This document shows positions 18,101-27,143 of a stretch of 31,017 nucleotides of DNA, in pieces. Position 1 is the stretch's first letter; each line of letters begins with the position of its first letter. Origin of the DNA: Candidatus Thorarchaeota archaeon (GTDB lineage Archaea > Asgardarchaeota > Thorarchaeia > Thorarchaeales > Thorarchaeaceae); the NCBI GenBank assembly GCA_029855935.1, contig JAGSHN010000007.1:1-31017 (forward strand), written 5' to 3'. The notes below the pieces were generated by a model. It was given only the letters and a program-made list of their open reading frames with translations, was not told the origin of the DNA and did no database searches. The translations under genes and the position numbers were made by a program.

Positions 18101-21100
18101 TGGGAACCACGGTGACTCTGCGGGCACGCGTAGTGGATGTGTGGGCTGGGGGGTACCCGGTGGCGGGAGTTCAGGTCACGTTCCAGTACCAATCCTCCGG
18201 TGTCTGGACCGACATTGGCACAGCCTCCACGGACGGAGACGGGCTAGCAACGTTGACATGGTCGCCTGCTGCTGATGAGTGGGCACGAATCGCAGGCCAA
18301 GACATCATCATAAGAACGATCAGTCAGTCCAGCGCAGTCTATCAGGCCTCGGAAGTTCAGCAGACTGTTGCCGTTGGGCTTGTTGGAACTTACTTTGTGA
18401 CCCCTGTGGCCACTCCGGCGCAGATTCTTACTGGCGAGCAGATCTGCATCGAGCCGCGTCTGTTCGACCAGTTTGGCAACATCCTCGAACACAATCTGAC
18501 TGTGGAGATAGTGGGGCCATATGGATACGTCCAGAGATTTGAGATGACAGCTGGCCCGGACTCGTCGCTGAACCTCACCCTCGACCTGTGGGGCAACTAC
18601 ACGGTGGAGGTGACCTATGCTGGCGACTCTGTTTATGGTGGAAACAGTGTGACCGAGAGTATCAGGGTGATCGGCCTTCTGACGTTCCCAGTAGTCACTG
18701 TCACGCCCGACCCGGCGAGCATCGTTGCTGGTGAGCCGTTCAACGTGCAGTTTGACCTCACCGATATCAACGGGGAGGCGATTCTCGGCGCGACGCTGCG
18801 TGTGAGTGTGACTTGGGAGGGCATCACCAGCGGGTATGTGATTGTGACCGGGGTGAATAGCACAATCACTCTGAGCTACGAGACTCGGGGCATCGCGCAA
18901 GTTCTCTGTCAGTTCGATGGTGACGCAACCTACGAACCGAGCGAGCAGAGTATTGCAGTATCTGTTCAGCGCCGCCCGGTCTCAATAGATCTCACCGTGC
19001 CGATGGACACTGTCTATCCGTATGTTGGACCCTCACTTGTCTCGTACTCATTGAGTGCCACTGTGGTGGACGCGCTCACAGGCCAGCCTCTGGACAACGT
19101 ATCAGTGGTCTTCTGCTACGTGACTGAGAACAGCACGGTGCTACTCCCGGTATCCAACAGCACTGGTGACTTCAACGTGACGCTTGCGTCGGAGTATCTG
19201 GCGTGGGGCCTCTTCAATAGCATAGGGACCTCATACACAGGTTCGACAGGAGGGGCGTCGGCTGAGTGGCAGGTACCCTCGATGAATGAGCAAACACTCT
19301 ACATCTTTGCTGTGACAGAACAGAGCGACAGGTATCTGACAGGGGTGAGTACGGTCTACCCCGTTGAATTCGTGCGAATACCGACGACTGTGGCGGCGGA
19401 GGCAGAATGGACCGGAGTCGGAAAAGAGGTCAACGTGTCACTGTCACTCGAAGATGTGTTCGCCCTCCCGCTGTACGACAAGGAGGTCCACTTCACTATC
19501 AGCAGTATTCTTGACTCCAAGGTGGTCGCCGAGGGAACCGCGATCACAGGTTTCAACAGCTCATTCAGTATTCAGGTACCCGAATATGGGGCCTACACCA
19601 TCACAGTGTGGTTCGAGGGCGATGAATACTATCAGCCTTCCGGCGAGTACTCTGCGGTCTTCGTGGTGTCGTGGCGAAACGTCGGTATCAGTCTCGCAGC
19701 TCCGGACTGGGCATATCCGGGCGAAGAGATTCAGCTCAGCGCGCACGTCACTGATCTGAATGCCACACCGGAGAGCCATCTACTAGAGCCCGTGACCGTG
19801 TACTTTGCCTGGAAGGACGAGGCTGGGTTCCACGCCATAGGGTCGGCGCTCACCGATGAGGCGGGCACAGCCGTGCTGGAGTGGGCCTCGCAACTCGTCC
19901 CGGGCAGATATCAGCTCGTTGCGTACACTCATCGGCAGACAATCTACGATGTCGGCCTCAGTCAGTTCCACGCCTTTGAGATTCGCCCCATCAGGACGCA
20001 CCTGAGCGTCTCGGTCAATCGCACGGTCACCTGGTCGTTCAACTACACCTATGACTTCTCGGTCTCCCTGACAGATCAGTTCGGAAACAATCTGACAGGC
20101 GAGGTCGTGACACTCCGATTGACGGACAACTACACCGACCTCTGGTCGTTCCTCCATTTCGATGAGGATGCCATCTGGGAGTTCGAGGACGGATCCTGCT
20201 ACGGAAATCCCCTCTATCACCTCTTCGAACTGAGAGTGGTCATCGGGTACAATGACACATTCACGTGGGTTGTACCTGGGTGTATTGCTGACCGAATCTT
20301 GTTCGCTCCAAGGGCGATTGCGATTGCTGAGTACAGCGGCAATGTGACCTACCTCCCCTCTGTGTACACCACGAAGATGGACAACTGCCTGCTGAACACT
20401 CGGACTGACGTACTACTTGGCAATACCACTCTCATGCCGGGCGTGCCCGTGACTCTGACAGTCAATGTCACAGACGAAGATGGATGCATTGTCTCAAACG
20501 GCGTCGTAACGATTGTCATCGAGGACGATTTCGGACAGTCTGAGAACTGGACCATCGACTTGGGCGCCAACAACAGCATTGTATGGACCCCGTGGTCATT
20601 CGGACGTTTCACCATACACGCTGAGTATACAGGCGGCAGGTTCTATGAACTGGACTGGCACTGCGGATGTCATCATCATCCGCTGCGGGGAATTCTACGC
20701 CGTATGCGTCTCACGCGAAGCTACAATATCACAACGGTGGCTGTGGAAGGTCGACCAACTCTGCTGACGATGGAGGAGTTGCCCACTCGTCTGACTGCTG
20801 GAGAGGGCATCCTGTTGAGAGCCTCAGCCGTAGATGCTCTGACCGGTAGTCCGATACCCGGACTTGAGGTGAGGTTCTACTATCTCACCTCCGATGGGGA
20901 CTTCATCCTCGTGGGATCCAATCGTACCAATGAGGCTGGACAGGCCATCTATGTGTTGGACCCACCAGCGCCATCCAAGGGACAGGGCTACGAGTCCGTA
21001 TTCATCTTTGCGCAGGGCCTATCGTCAAGGACATCTGTGATGTCGTCCGTGCCACAGTACCCGACGGAGATCTGGCCTCCATCTGAGCAGTTCCAATCTT

Positions 21101-24100
21101 TGAGTCAGTCCGCGGCGTCTCCGGCACAGCACGACCGAGGTACTGCACGTTCTCAGATTGACATCATTGCACTGCCCATCCTCATCTCGGCGATGGCCGT
21201 GCCTCTGCAGCTGCTCAGGTCTCGGAACAGGCGTCTGTTCAAGCTGTTGATGATTGCTGTGGTGTTGTTCTCTGTCGTCTTCACCTTGTACGGCGTGCTC
21301 GGACTGGAGTCGATGAACCATCCCTTCAGGGCGGCCCTGATAGAAGACGTGCGTACGAATTTCGAGAGCGTGTCAACGCCGACGGGCAGGCCCTATGCGC
21401 CGGACAGCGATCCCGTGATGACGGGATCACTATCGTTCGGCACCATCCGAACGGCTGACTCCGGGACTATTCCATCAAGTCTTGCAGGCTACGCCGTCGC
21501 CTCGCCGAACGCGAGCTACATCGTTGTTCCTCTCAGAAAGAGACTGTGGGTGAACTTCACGGCTCACGGGCACTATGTCATCACCGTCGTCGATGGTGAC
21601 AGACAACCTATTGATACGGTGGCTGGATTTGCAGACGGGAATACGACCGTAGACTTCACGATATCATCGGACAAGTATGACCCTGGCTCGACCTATGCCG
21701 TCAACATCTTTGTCACTGTACAGTCTGGTGGAATCACCTATGGCGACACGTCGTGGATAGTGATGTACGTGTCGAAGACGGCAACCCATCTCGACCTCAC
21801 CCCGGAGTACGATTCTCTATACTACAGTGCAACGGCCAGAACGATGACATTGGCTGCACGACTGACCCGAGTACTTGAGAACGCGACAATTGCCAACAAG
21901 GTGGTCAGCTTCAGGTACAGGTCGGCAACCGATCTGAACTGGACTGACATTGGAACCAGTGTCACGGACGAGCGTGGTATTGCCACAATAGAGTGGTCCC
22001 TCAGTCTCACTCCAGGTAGCTATGTTGTCAACGCTACGTTCGCAGGTGACTCTACCCACTTCGGGTCTACATCAGCCAAGGTGGTTGAGGTCAAGGGCGT
22101 GGCCACGGTACTGAACTTTGTAGAGGGGGCCCCGCTGAGAACCTCGGTACAATACGGTCACGCTGCCACGTTCTATGCTCGGCTCACCGACTCTCTCCAC
22201 GTGCCTCTTCAGAACAGGACTGTGGAGTTCTATGTTGTGACCGGCGACCGCAGCTATCTCCTCGGTGCCAACAGGACGGGTCCTGACGGTCTTGTCGAGT
22301 TCACCTATGCTCCGTACTTCATCGCAGGCCTGTATGACATCTTGGCGGTCTTCCCGGGCGATGCCAATCACGCCCCGTCGAGGCTCACCTTCTCCGGCGG
22401 TCTGCAGGTGTTGCCAAGAATATGTGTCTTCAGTTCCGAGCTGGCTGTGAGTGCTGTAGCTGGTGACACTGTGATCATCTCCGTTCCTGTCACCGACGAC
22501 CGTGGTGTCCCAGTCAGCGGAAGTCATGCCAGATTTGAGGTCTACAACCCGGAGTCCGGCACGTGGGACGTGATTGGCGAGACCGACACAGACCAGGGTG
22601 GCTACGCGACCATCGAGTACACGGTGAATGTCACGCCCGGTGCCTACGTGATCAGGCTTGTCATAGAGGGTGATGCGACACTTGATGGTGGCGTACTACA
22701 GGGAACTCTCACAGTCGGCGCAAGACCAACGACGGTTCGCCTGGTCAGCGTGGAGGGCGACTACGGTCAGGCTGTCACATTGACTGCACACCTCCAGGAC
22801 TCCGACGGTCTGGCCCTCCCGGACTCCACACTGCTATTCTATGTGAGGATCGATGACACTTGGCGCTTCATCGGTTCCGCACTCACGACCTCGGACGGGT
22901 GGGCTGAACTGTCCTGGGTGATTGACCTCCCCGCGGGACAGTACGATGTGCGAGTCGTCTTTCCGGGTGACAGCCTACACGCATCCAGTCAGTCAGTCGG
23001 TCCAATGATGACTGTCGAGACTGTGCCTGCGGTGTTGGCCCTATCCGTGCCCACTGAGGCCTTCATCACGTTGCCAATGTCTGTCAACGTCTCACTGCAC
23101 GATGCGCTAGGCGCACCGCTTGGACAGCGAGTGGTCACGCTGTCAATTGCACCATCCACTGGCGTCGCGACGACGGTGACGCTTCAGACCGACGAGAACG
23201 GCACTGCCTCGTTTGTCTACGTTCCGCCGTACCTTGGAGAGTACTCTGTGACTGCGACCTTTGCGGGCGACTCGTTCTATGATGACTCAACAGCGAGTGG
23301 ACAGTTCGTGGCAAAGAAGATAGAGGTCTCAATCTCCCTCGTCCTCAGCAAGACCAGTGGGCACAGGGGCGATAGGATTCTCTTCTCAGGAATGGCCACG
23401 ATACGGCCTGATGGAGAGACTGTTCCGGCCTACCGCGGCATCCCGTTTGATATGGTTCTCGTGGGCAACGAGGACTTTCCCGTTGGGAGTTACAGCATCA
23501 GGACGGAGGACGGCGGTGTCATCACTGGCTGGTGGGAGATACCACGATACCTGTCCGACAATATCAGCAGACTGTTCGATGCTGGCGACTACACATTCAG
23601 GGTGAGTGCTGCTCCCGGGACTGCCTTCACCGGGGAGACTACCTTCGAGTTCAGGATAATTCTCCGGACGACCCTGACTGTCGAGCCAGTCTATCCAACT
23701 GTCAACGGGGCAACACTCAGCAGTCCCTACGTCGACATCCCTATGGGTTTCACCTTCTCTCTTGTCGACGAGGACAACCGACCAATGCAGGACTATCTGC
23801 TCTATACCGACATCGATGGCTCTGGCTGGAGTGAGGTCTCCACCGACAAGTCTGGTCAGTGGTCGGCCAATGGATTTGTCCCCGACACTGCCCGTGGCAT
23901 CTATGCTCGTGCGAAGTTCGAGGGCACTCCCTACTTTGACCCCGCGTGTGACGGTGTCGCACTGCAGGTCCTACGTCGTGATATGCGACTGAGCATGACC
24001 CTTGGCAACACCTATGTCCATCGTGGCGACGAGCTTGTGATCACCGTGTCTGCCACCGACCTGCTTACCGGTAATCCGATTACGGGAGAACCGGTCGAGT

Positions 24101-26148
24101 TCGTCGTGTACGTAGATGGCGAGAAGATGGCAACGACCTCAGTCAGCGCGACGCCCTCCCTGCTGGGTATTGTCCTGCCCTCCTGGGTGAAGGCCGGAAA
24201 CCACTCAGTCACTGTCCGTGCCGATGTCTCAAGGGTGTACCTCTCGGATGAAACCGAGCAGGTCATCTCTGCTTACGAGCATACCCGATTGGATCTCACC
24301 GTGCCCTCCGAGGCAAACACAGAGGACCAGGTTCGCGTCCTCGTATCGCTGGAGGACGAAGATGGCCTTCCTGTGAGGGACAGATTCGTCACGGTCTCCA
24401 TCACGAAGCCCGATGGTTCTATGCTCCTCAGAATCCTGAGGACAGACGCTCTCGGCCACGGATCCACTGTTCTCACGCCAATGAGAGGCGGGGTCTACTC
24501 CCTCTCGGCAGAGTTCGGTGGGGAGTTTCACTACGTTCAGAGCAGTGTCGAGCCAACAGGGATGATTGTCGAGGCGCTTGAGGCCCAGAGCGAGGCTGGT
24601 CCGTCTCCGCTGTGGATGCTACCAATCATTCTGATGATAATCGTCAACTGCTTCTTGGAGGCGGCCACTCTGGGAATGGTGAGCTTCCTTGATGTCTCCG
24701 TGCCGATGGGTGGTGGCACTCTCAGGCTATTCAAGTACTCCTATCCGTGGATCGAGATCCAGTGGGCCAAGGTAAGGGTGGGCCTCGTGGACGTGGACGT
24801 ACCGGTTCCCGTGCTTGTCCTGAAGAGTGAGGCCAGCTACGAGTGGCAGTCTGATGACAAGAGTGTCACCGTGAGTTCAAAGGATGGCGATGCTACGGCC
24901 ATGCTCTTTGGGAATGCGAATCTGATGGAGGTCGTGGACGATGCCTGGTTGAAATTCCAGCCTGACTTCAGTGTTCCCCAGGAGTCCACTCCCTCCCCGG
25001 GCAGACCGGGCACCGACACGAGATCAACATCCGCTTCTGCCATGTGCGAGACTGTTGACACTATGCCGTCCTCCATCTTGTACGACTCCCCACACACTGG
25101 TGTCCCGTTCGCGGAGACACCGGTTCTTCCTGAGCCCCGAGGAACGGCCAGTTCGCACAGTGGCTTCACAGTCGAGATACTCACTCCCGCAATCGGTCAG
25201 AGAGTGGAGGCTGGTGTCCCGGTGACAGCACTGGTCGACGGTCTCAATGCCTCGCAGATCGACTCTGTGAATCTGTACGTTGACGATGAGCAGGTCGACA
25301 CAATGTCACCCTACATAGAGACAAGCAATGCGACCTGGTTCAAGGGATTCTGGTATTCTCAAGAGCTTGACGGAGTGACCCCGAAGTGGAGCAACGGTCC
25401 GCATATGCTGAAAGTCGAGGTGAGGACAAAGTCCGGAGAAACATCAGAGGCCAAAGTTCCAGTCAACGTGTTCAACCTCTCGACAATTGGCCTGGGATTC
25501 ATCATAATGCTGGCGACGGAGGTCCTCATCACTGTCCTGGTAGCTCTGCTTGGACCATTGATAGAGAAGGCCATAGAGTTCATCGCCAAGTCGAATCCGA
25601 CGGCTGGCGGCATTCTTGAGGCCATCGCATCAACGCTGCTCTTTGTACTGACGTACTATATGACGATCTTCCTCGTCGATATGCTGCAGGGACTTGTCGG
25701 CTACGGTTTCCTGACGACCAAGATACTCGGGACATCGTTCATGTCTGGCCATCTCATCGGCCTGATTGTCTTCATTCTGGGAATGATTCTTGGGATGACT
25801 GTGTCGGGATTCAAGACAAAGAACTATAGGACAGCTGACAGATTGGCGCTGTTTGTGACTGGATTGACCCTGAAGGTCTACTTCAAGTTCTTGGAGCGGC
25901 ATCTCCCCGATATTCTGGCAGGCTTTGGGCCAGCTGCCGACTTCGTGGAGTTCGAGATTAGTGTGCTTGAGTCAGGTCTAGAGGAGCTAGTAATCGGAAT
26001 CCTGCTTGCTCTCATGTACAAGAAATACGTGTCGAAGCAGATGCGGAACACAATGCTATATCAGTCAGGAGCGATGGGTATCTGCATAGCAGGAATCGAG
26101 ATTATCTTCATAACAGAGAGAGAGGCAGAGATACTGTATGAGGAGTGA
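15196..26148 (+). CDS. Giant (3650 aa) Ig-like-repeat surface protein/adhesin with internal and C-terminal hydrophobic segments
   Basis: Signal peptide; NGSFE..YFDDLYL carbohydrate-binding-module-like domain; several SDxxSGV..W..DTT..DG.H....D.AGN Ig domains; many TD..G.A..G.Y....F.GD..Y..S Ig repeats; 7 nt downstream of the propeller gene. Confidence 0.92.
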   Translation: MMLVSRERLLIVFFVGFFLAILVAPHRAAAVPIVDPGGGGASTDNRVLNGSFEYGTTSWRGSGIGTPKVVTTRHVDGDHSLRISGVVTLGTAIYQMSQDVTDPEPITKNTRLCASIILEHDYTIAAATVILVVSVSPNHSFVLAYYVSDNLDFPDLNFLGIEQYVIEVGNKQGAWKSFCRNISDDIQTKTGYDPADLSIKRVILDVRSSSVGLGASCTGYFDDLYLGSTPPGIWVNNPDDEQWVSGTYTFSGTAVDHRGRGLAFVAARITTPGHLIPDFMGLCDGTTEWSLEYDTTHLSEGRHEFRVDVFDNANTWAHASVFFRVDNTNPSGTISNLETDHYYRGVVTVTGSASDALSGVDRVRVRIDNGEWEAATGTTSWSYEWDTTTVSDGSHTFTARVYDRAGNYVDRSVRVNIDNSAPSLGTVTFGPSYGSLNQEFTISISSITETGSGVKKVEATVKRPDGSTFTVKISKKSDGSWEGSFPLGSSDAEGTYTLVSIYAIDKIGNEVTNAYSKKIVYDYTAPTLTFTSHDNYDQISGTVTLSGSLSDAVSGLYAATITIDGSETYDIVSSSGTWSFSLDTTAYDDGYHVFRLQARDRAGNVRIITYYLAIANSPEPVAPFIPVVNENGDYLTTAYVTVGSSQVTILCTFPDGPPGTMAYLLVAPPFDSLWSLQDVAIVVDDGSPEGSTKSILSVCEWSTDTHSLSFPLSADGGVGRRSVIAFLSKAQLSWSVSSPSKVVYQGQEFTVSFTLENYDSLSEAYGGEFRAELIAYQDGQGVVLGTAECDSSGVFTFVTTIGPGILRGGPLTLQARLIDVPSSVYDTTDLTSPLFDGFVFYELIGWEFSPDTDTIVHYSPTVYDQRQVTVEVRIVDSAGIATTMVGQVVEVTVTGPGVSDSLLIYQTEHDDGTYALFSYSLTTAGQYIINFTYVPTGYYYGVVSRTITVQLYQQRPVETALDVPESLQVGTTVTLRARVVDVWAGGYPVAGVQVTFQYQSSGVWTDIGTASTDGDGLATLTWSPAADEWARIAGQDIIIRTISQSSAVYQASEVQQTVAVGLVGTYFVTPVATPAQILTGEQICIEPRLFDQFGNILEHNLTVEIVGPYGYVQRFEMTAGPDSSLNLTLDLWGNYTVEVTYAGDSVYGGNSVTESIRVIGLLTFPVVTVTPDPASIVAGEPFNVQFDLTDINGEAILGATLRVSVTWEGITSGYVIVTGVNSTITLSYETRGIAQVLCQFDGDATYEPSEQSIAVSVQRRPVSIDLTVPMDTVYPYVGPSLVSYSLSATVVDALTGQPLDNVSVVFCYVTENSTVLLPVSNSTGDFNVTLASEYLAWGLFNSIGTSYTGSTGGASAEWQVPSMNEQTLYIFAVTEQSDRYLTGVSTVYPVEFVRIPTTVAAEAEWTGVGKEVNVSLSLEDVFALPLYDKEVHFTISSILDSKVVAEGTAITGFNSSFSIQVPEYGAYTITVWFEGDEYYQPSGEYSAVFVVSWRNVGISLAAPDWAYPGEEIQLSAHVTDLNATPESHLLEPVTVYFAWKDEAGFHAIGSALTDEAGTAVLEWASQLVPGRYQLVAYTHRQTIYDVGLSQFHAFEIRPIRTHLSVSVNRTVTWSFNYTYDFSVSLTDQFGNNLTGEVVTLRLTDNYTDLWSFLHFDEDAIWEFEDGSCYGNPLYHLFELRVVIGYNDTFTWVVPGCIADRILFAPRAIAIAEYSGNVTYLPSVYTTKMDNCLLNTRTDVLLGNTTLMPGVPVTLTVNVTDEDGCIVSNGVVTIVIEDDFGQSENWTIDLGANNSIVWTPWSFGRFTIHAEYTGGRFYELDWHCGCHHHPLRGILRRMRLTRSYNITTVAVEGRPTLLTMEELPTRLTAGEGILLRASAVDALTGSPIPGLEVRFYYLTSDGDFILVGSNRTNEAGQAIYVLDPPAPSKGQGYESVFIFAQGLSSRTSVMSSVPQYPTEIWPPSEQFQSLSQSAASPAQHDRGTARSQIDIIALPILISAMAVPLQLLRSRNRRLFKLLMIAVVLFSVVFTLYGVLGLESMNHPFRAALIEDVRTNFESVSTPTGRPYAPDSDPVMTGSLSFGTIRTADSGTIPSSLAGYAVASPNASYIVVPLRKRLWVNFTAHGHYVITVVDGDRQPIDTVAGFADGNTTVDFTISSDKYDPGSTYAVNIFVTVQSGGITYGDTSWIVMYVSKTATHLDLTPEYDSLYYSATARTMTLAARLTRVLENATIANKVVSFRYRSATDLNWTDIGTSVTDERGIATIEWSLSLTPGSYVVNATFAGDSTHFGSTSAKVVEVKGVATVLNFVEGAPLRTSVQYGHAATFYARLTDSLHVPLQNRTVEFYVVTGDRSYLLGANRTGPDGLVEFTYAPYFIAGLYDILAVFPGDANHAPSRLTFSGGLQVLPRICVFSSELAVSAVAGDTVIISVPVTDDRGVPVSGSHARFEVYNPESGTWDVIGETDTDQGGYATIEYTVNVTPGAYVIRLVIEGDATLDGGVLQGTLTVGARPTTVRLVSVEGDYGQAVTLTAHLQDSDGLALPDSTLLFYVRIDDTWRFIGSALTTSDGWAELSWVIDLPAGQYDVRVVFPGDSLHASSQSVGPMMTVETVPAVLALSVPTEAFITLPMSVNVSLHDALGAPLGQRVVTLSIAPSTGVATTVTLQTDENGTASFVYVPPYLGEYSVTATFAGDSFYDDSTASGQFVAKKIEVSISLVLSKTSGHRGDRILFSGMATIRPDGETVPAYRGIPFDMVLVGNEDFPVGSYSIRTEDGGVITGWWEIPRYLSDNISRLFDAGDYTFRVSAAPGTAFTGETTFEFRIILRTTLTVEPVYPTVNGATLSSPYVDIPMGFTFSLVDEDNRPMQDYLLYTDIDGSGWSEVSTDKSGQWSANGFVPDTARGIYARAKFEGTPYFDPACDGVALQVLRRDMRLSMTLGNTYVHRGDELVITVSATDLLTGNPITGEPVEFVVYVDGEKMATTSVSATPSLLGIVLPSWVKAGNHSVTVRADVSRVYLSDETEQVISAYEHTRLDLTVPSEANTEDQVRVLVSLEDEDGLPVRDRFVTVSITKPDGSMLLRILRTDALGHGSTVLTPMRGGVYSLSAEFGGEFHYVQSSVEPTGMIVEALEAQSEAGPSPLWMLPIILMIIVNCFLEAATLGMVSFLDVSVPMGGGTLRLFKYSYPWIEIQWAKVRVGLVDVDVPVPVLVLKSEASYEWQSDDKSVTVSSKDGDATAMLFGNANLMEVVDDAWLKFQPDFSVPQESTPSPGRPGTDTRSTSASAMCETVDTMPSSILYDSPHTGVPFAETPVLPEPRGTASSHSGFTVEILTPAIGQRVEAGVPVTALVDGLNASQIDSVNLYVDDEQVDTMSPYIETSNATWFKGFWYSQELDGVTPKWSNGPHMLKVEVRTKSGETSEAKVPVNVFNLSTIGLGFIIMLATEVLITVLVALLGPLIEKAIEFIAKSNPTAGGILEAIASTLLFVLTYYMTIFLVDMLQGLVGYGFLTTKILGTSFMSGHLIGLIVFILGMILGMTVSGFKTKNYRTADRLALFVTGLTLKVYFKFLERHLPDILAGFGPAADFVEFEISVLESGLEELVIGILLALMYKKYVSKQMRNTMLYQSGAMGICIAGIEIIFITEREAEILYEE

Positions 26149-26328
26149 CATCGTGTCGACTCACTGGCGACAGAGGAAAGGTCTCCAGCCCGTCTACCGT
26201 CTGGGAGAGTTGCCTGATGAACGGATCAGAGAGGTGTGAGACCGTGACCCGGTCGCTGCCGGTCAGCTCATCTCAGAGGGCGAAGGCGCGGACTAGGGCA
26301 ATCTCGTTTCCCCAGCGAGTCGACGATG
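26149..26328. other. Candidate structured RNA or inverted-repeat element in the 3' region of the giant gene
   Basis: catcgtgtcgactcactgg (26149-26167) pairs with ccagcgagtcgacgatg (26312-26328): 16 bp with one 2-nt bulge and one mismatch, enclosing several hairpins. Confidence 0.45.
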
Positions 26329-26430
26329 AGGTGGTTCTGAGTGTTGACTGCACTCGACGATGCTCTGGTCTTGCGTACGACGTACTGATATAGTACCATC
26401 TACCGTCCTGGCGAAGAGGAGAGAGACAGG

Positions 26431-27042
26431 GTGAAGGACGAGCACTCGGAGGCGGACGAAGCTCTGTTGGAGATCGCTGTGGGGATGTGCGAGCGGCTCG
26501 GTATCGCTCCACCAGAGCGAATCGAGATGGATGCAAACACACTCCACATCTTTCCGGCCGCACTTGGTGTCGCGACGCTCCCACACTTGGACAACGACGG
26601 CACACTACATCTCCACCCCGCGCTCGTAGAGGAGCTCGGCGATGAGGCCGTGGCCCAGGCAATTCTCCAGACCGTACTGCGCCGACGTGGCAACGTACTG
26701 GTCCGTTGGCATCCGTACATGTACATTGTTCTCCTCATTGTGCCTTGGGTCGGGGCCTTCATGGGCTTCGACTATGTGGAGGGGATCTCGACATCCTTGC
26801 CTCTGCCCCTGCTCTACCTTGTGCCCCTGCTGGGATACTGGGTGGGTGCTCTTCTCTTCGAGCGCGTGTATCGGCCCCACATAGAGTTTGTCGTGGATAC
26901 GATGAGTAGGATGGGCGTCTGGAACGAGGAGGATGCACGCGAGTTTGCGCAGGGCACCAAGACTGGTATGAGGTACCTTGCGCTCTGTCTATGGCTCCTC
27001 CTCTTTGTGCACGTAGGGTTCAGGATTGGCCTGTTCCGCTAG
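26431..27042 (+). CDS. Membrane protein (3 predicted TM) with a degenerate M48/M56 peptidase-like N-terminus
   Basis: LLEIAVGMCERLGIAPP..LHPALVEELGDEAVAQAILQTVLR resembles the segment leading into HExxH of HtpX/BlaR1-type peptidases; hydrophobic helices follow. Confidence 0.65.
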   Translation: MKDEHSEADEALLEIAVGMCERLGIAPPERIEMDANTLHIFPAALGVATLPHLDNDGTLHLHPALVEELGDEAVAQAILQTVLRRRGNVLVRWHPYMYIVLLIVPWVGAFMGFDYVEGISTSLPLPLLYLVPLLGYWVGALLFERVYRPHIEFVVDTMSRMGVWNEEDAREFAQGTKTGMRYLALCLWLLLFVHVGFRIGLFR

Positions 27043-27143
27043 TGGCGGCCTAGCGAAGCCGATTTCCCAATCCTTTTGAGCAGGCCCCCGCCAAACAACA
27101 GCGGTTGGCGCGTATGAGTAGTCGAGTTGGTGGCGTGGGAACA

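Noticed and set aside
26173-26306. RNase P-like GAGGAAAG, hammerhead-like CUGAUGA, and glycine-riboswitch-like GGAGAG..CGAAGGCGC..AAUCUC
   Set aside because: No valid P4 pairing or adequate length, no stem II/GAAA geometry, and the conserved UCAGG is absent; kept only as an unassigned structure
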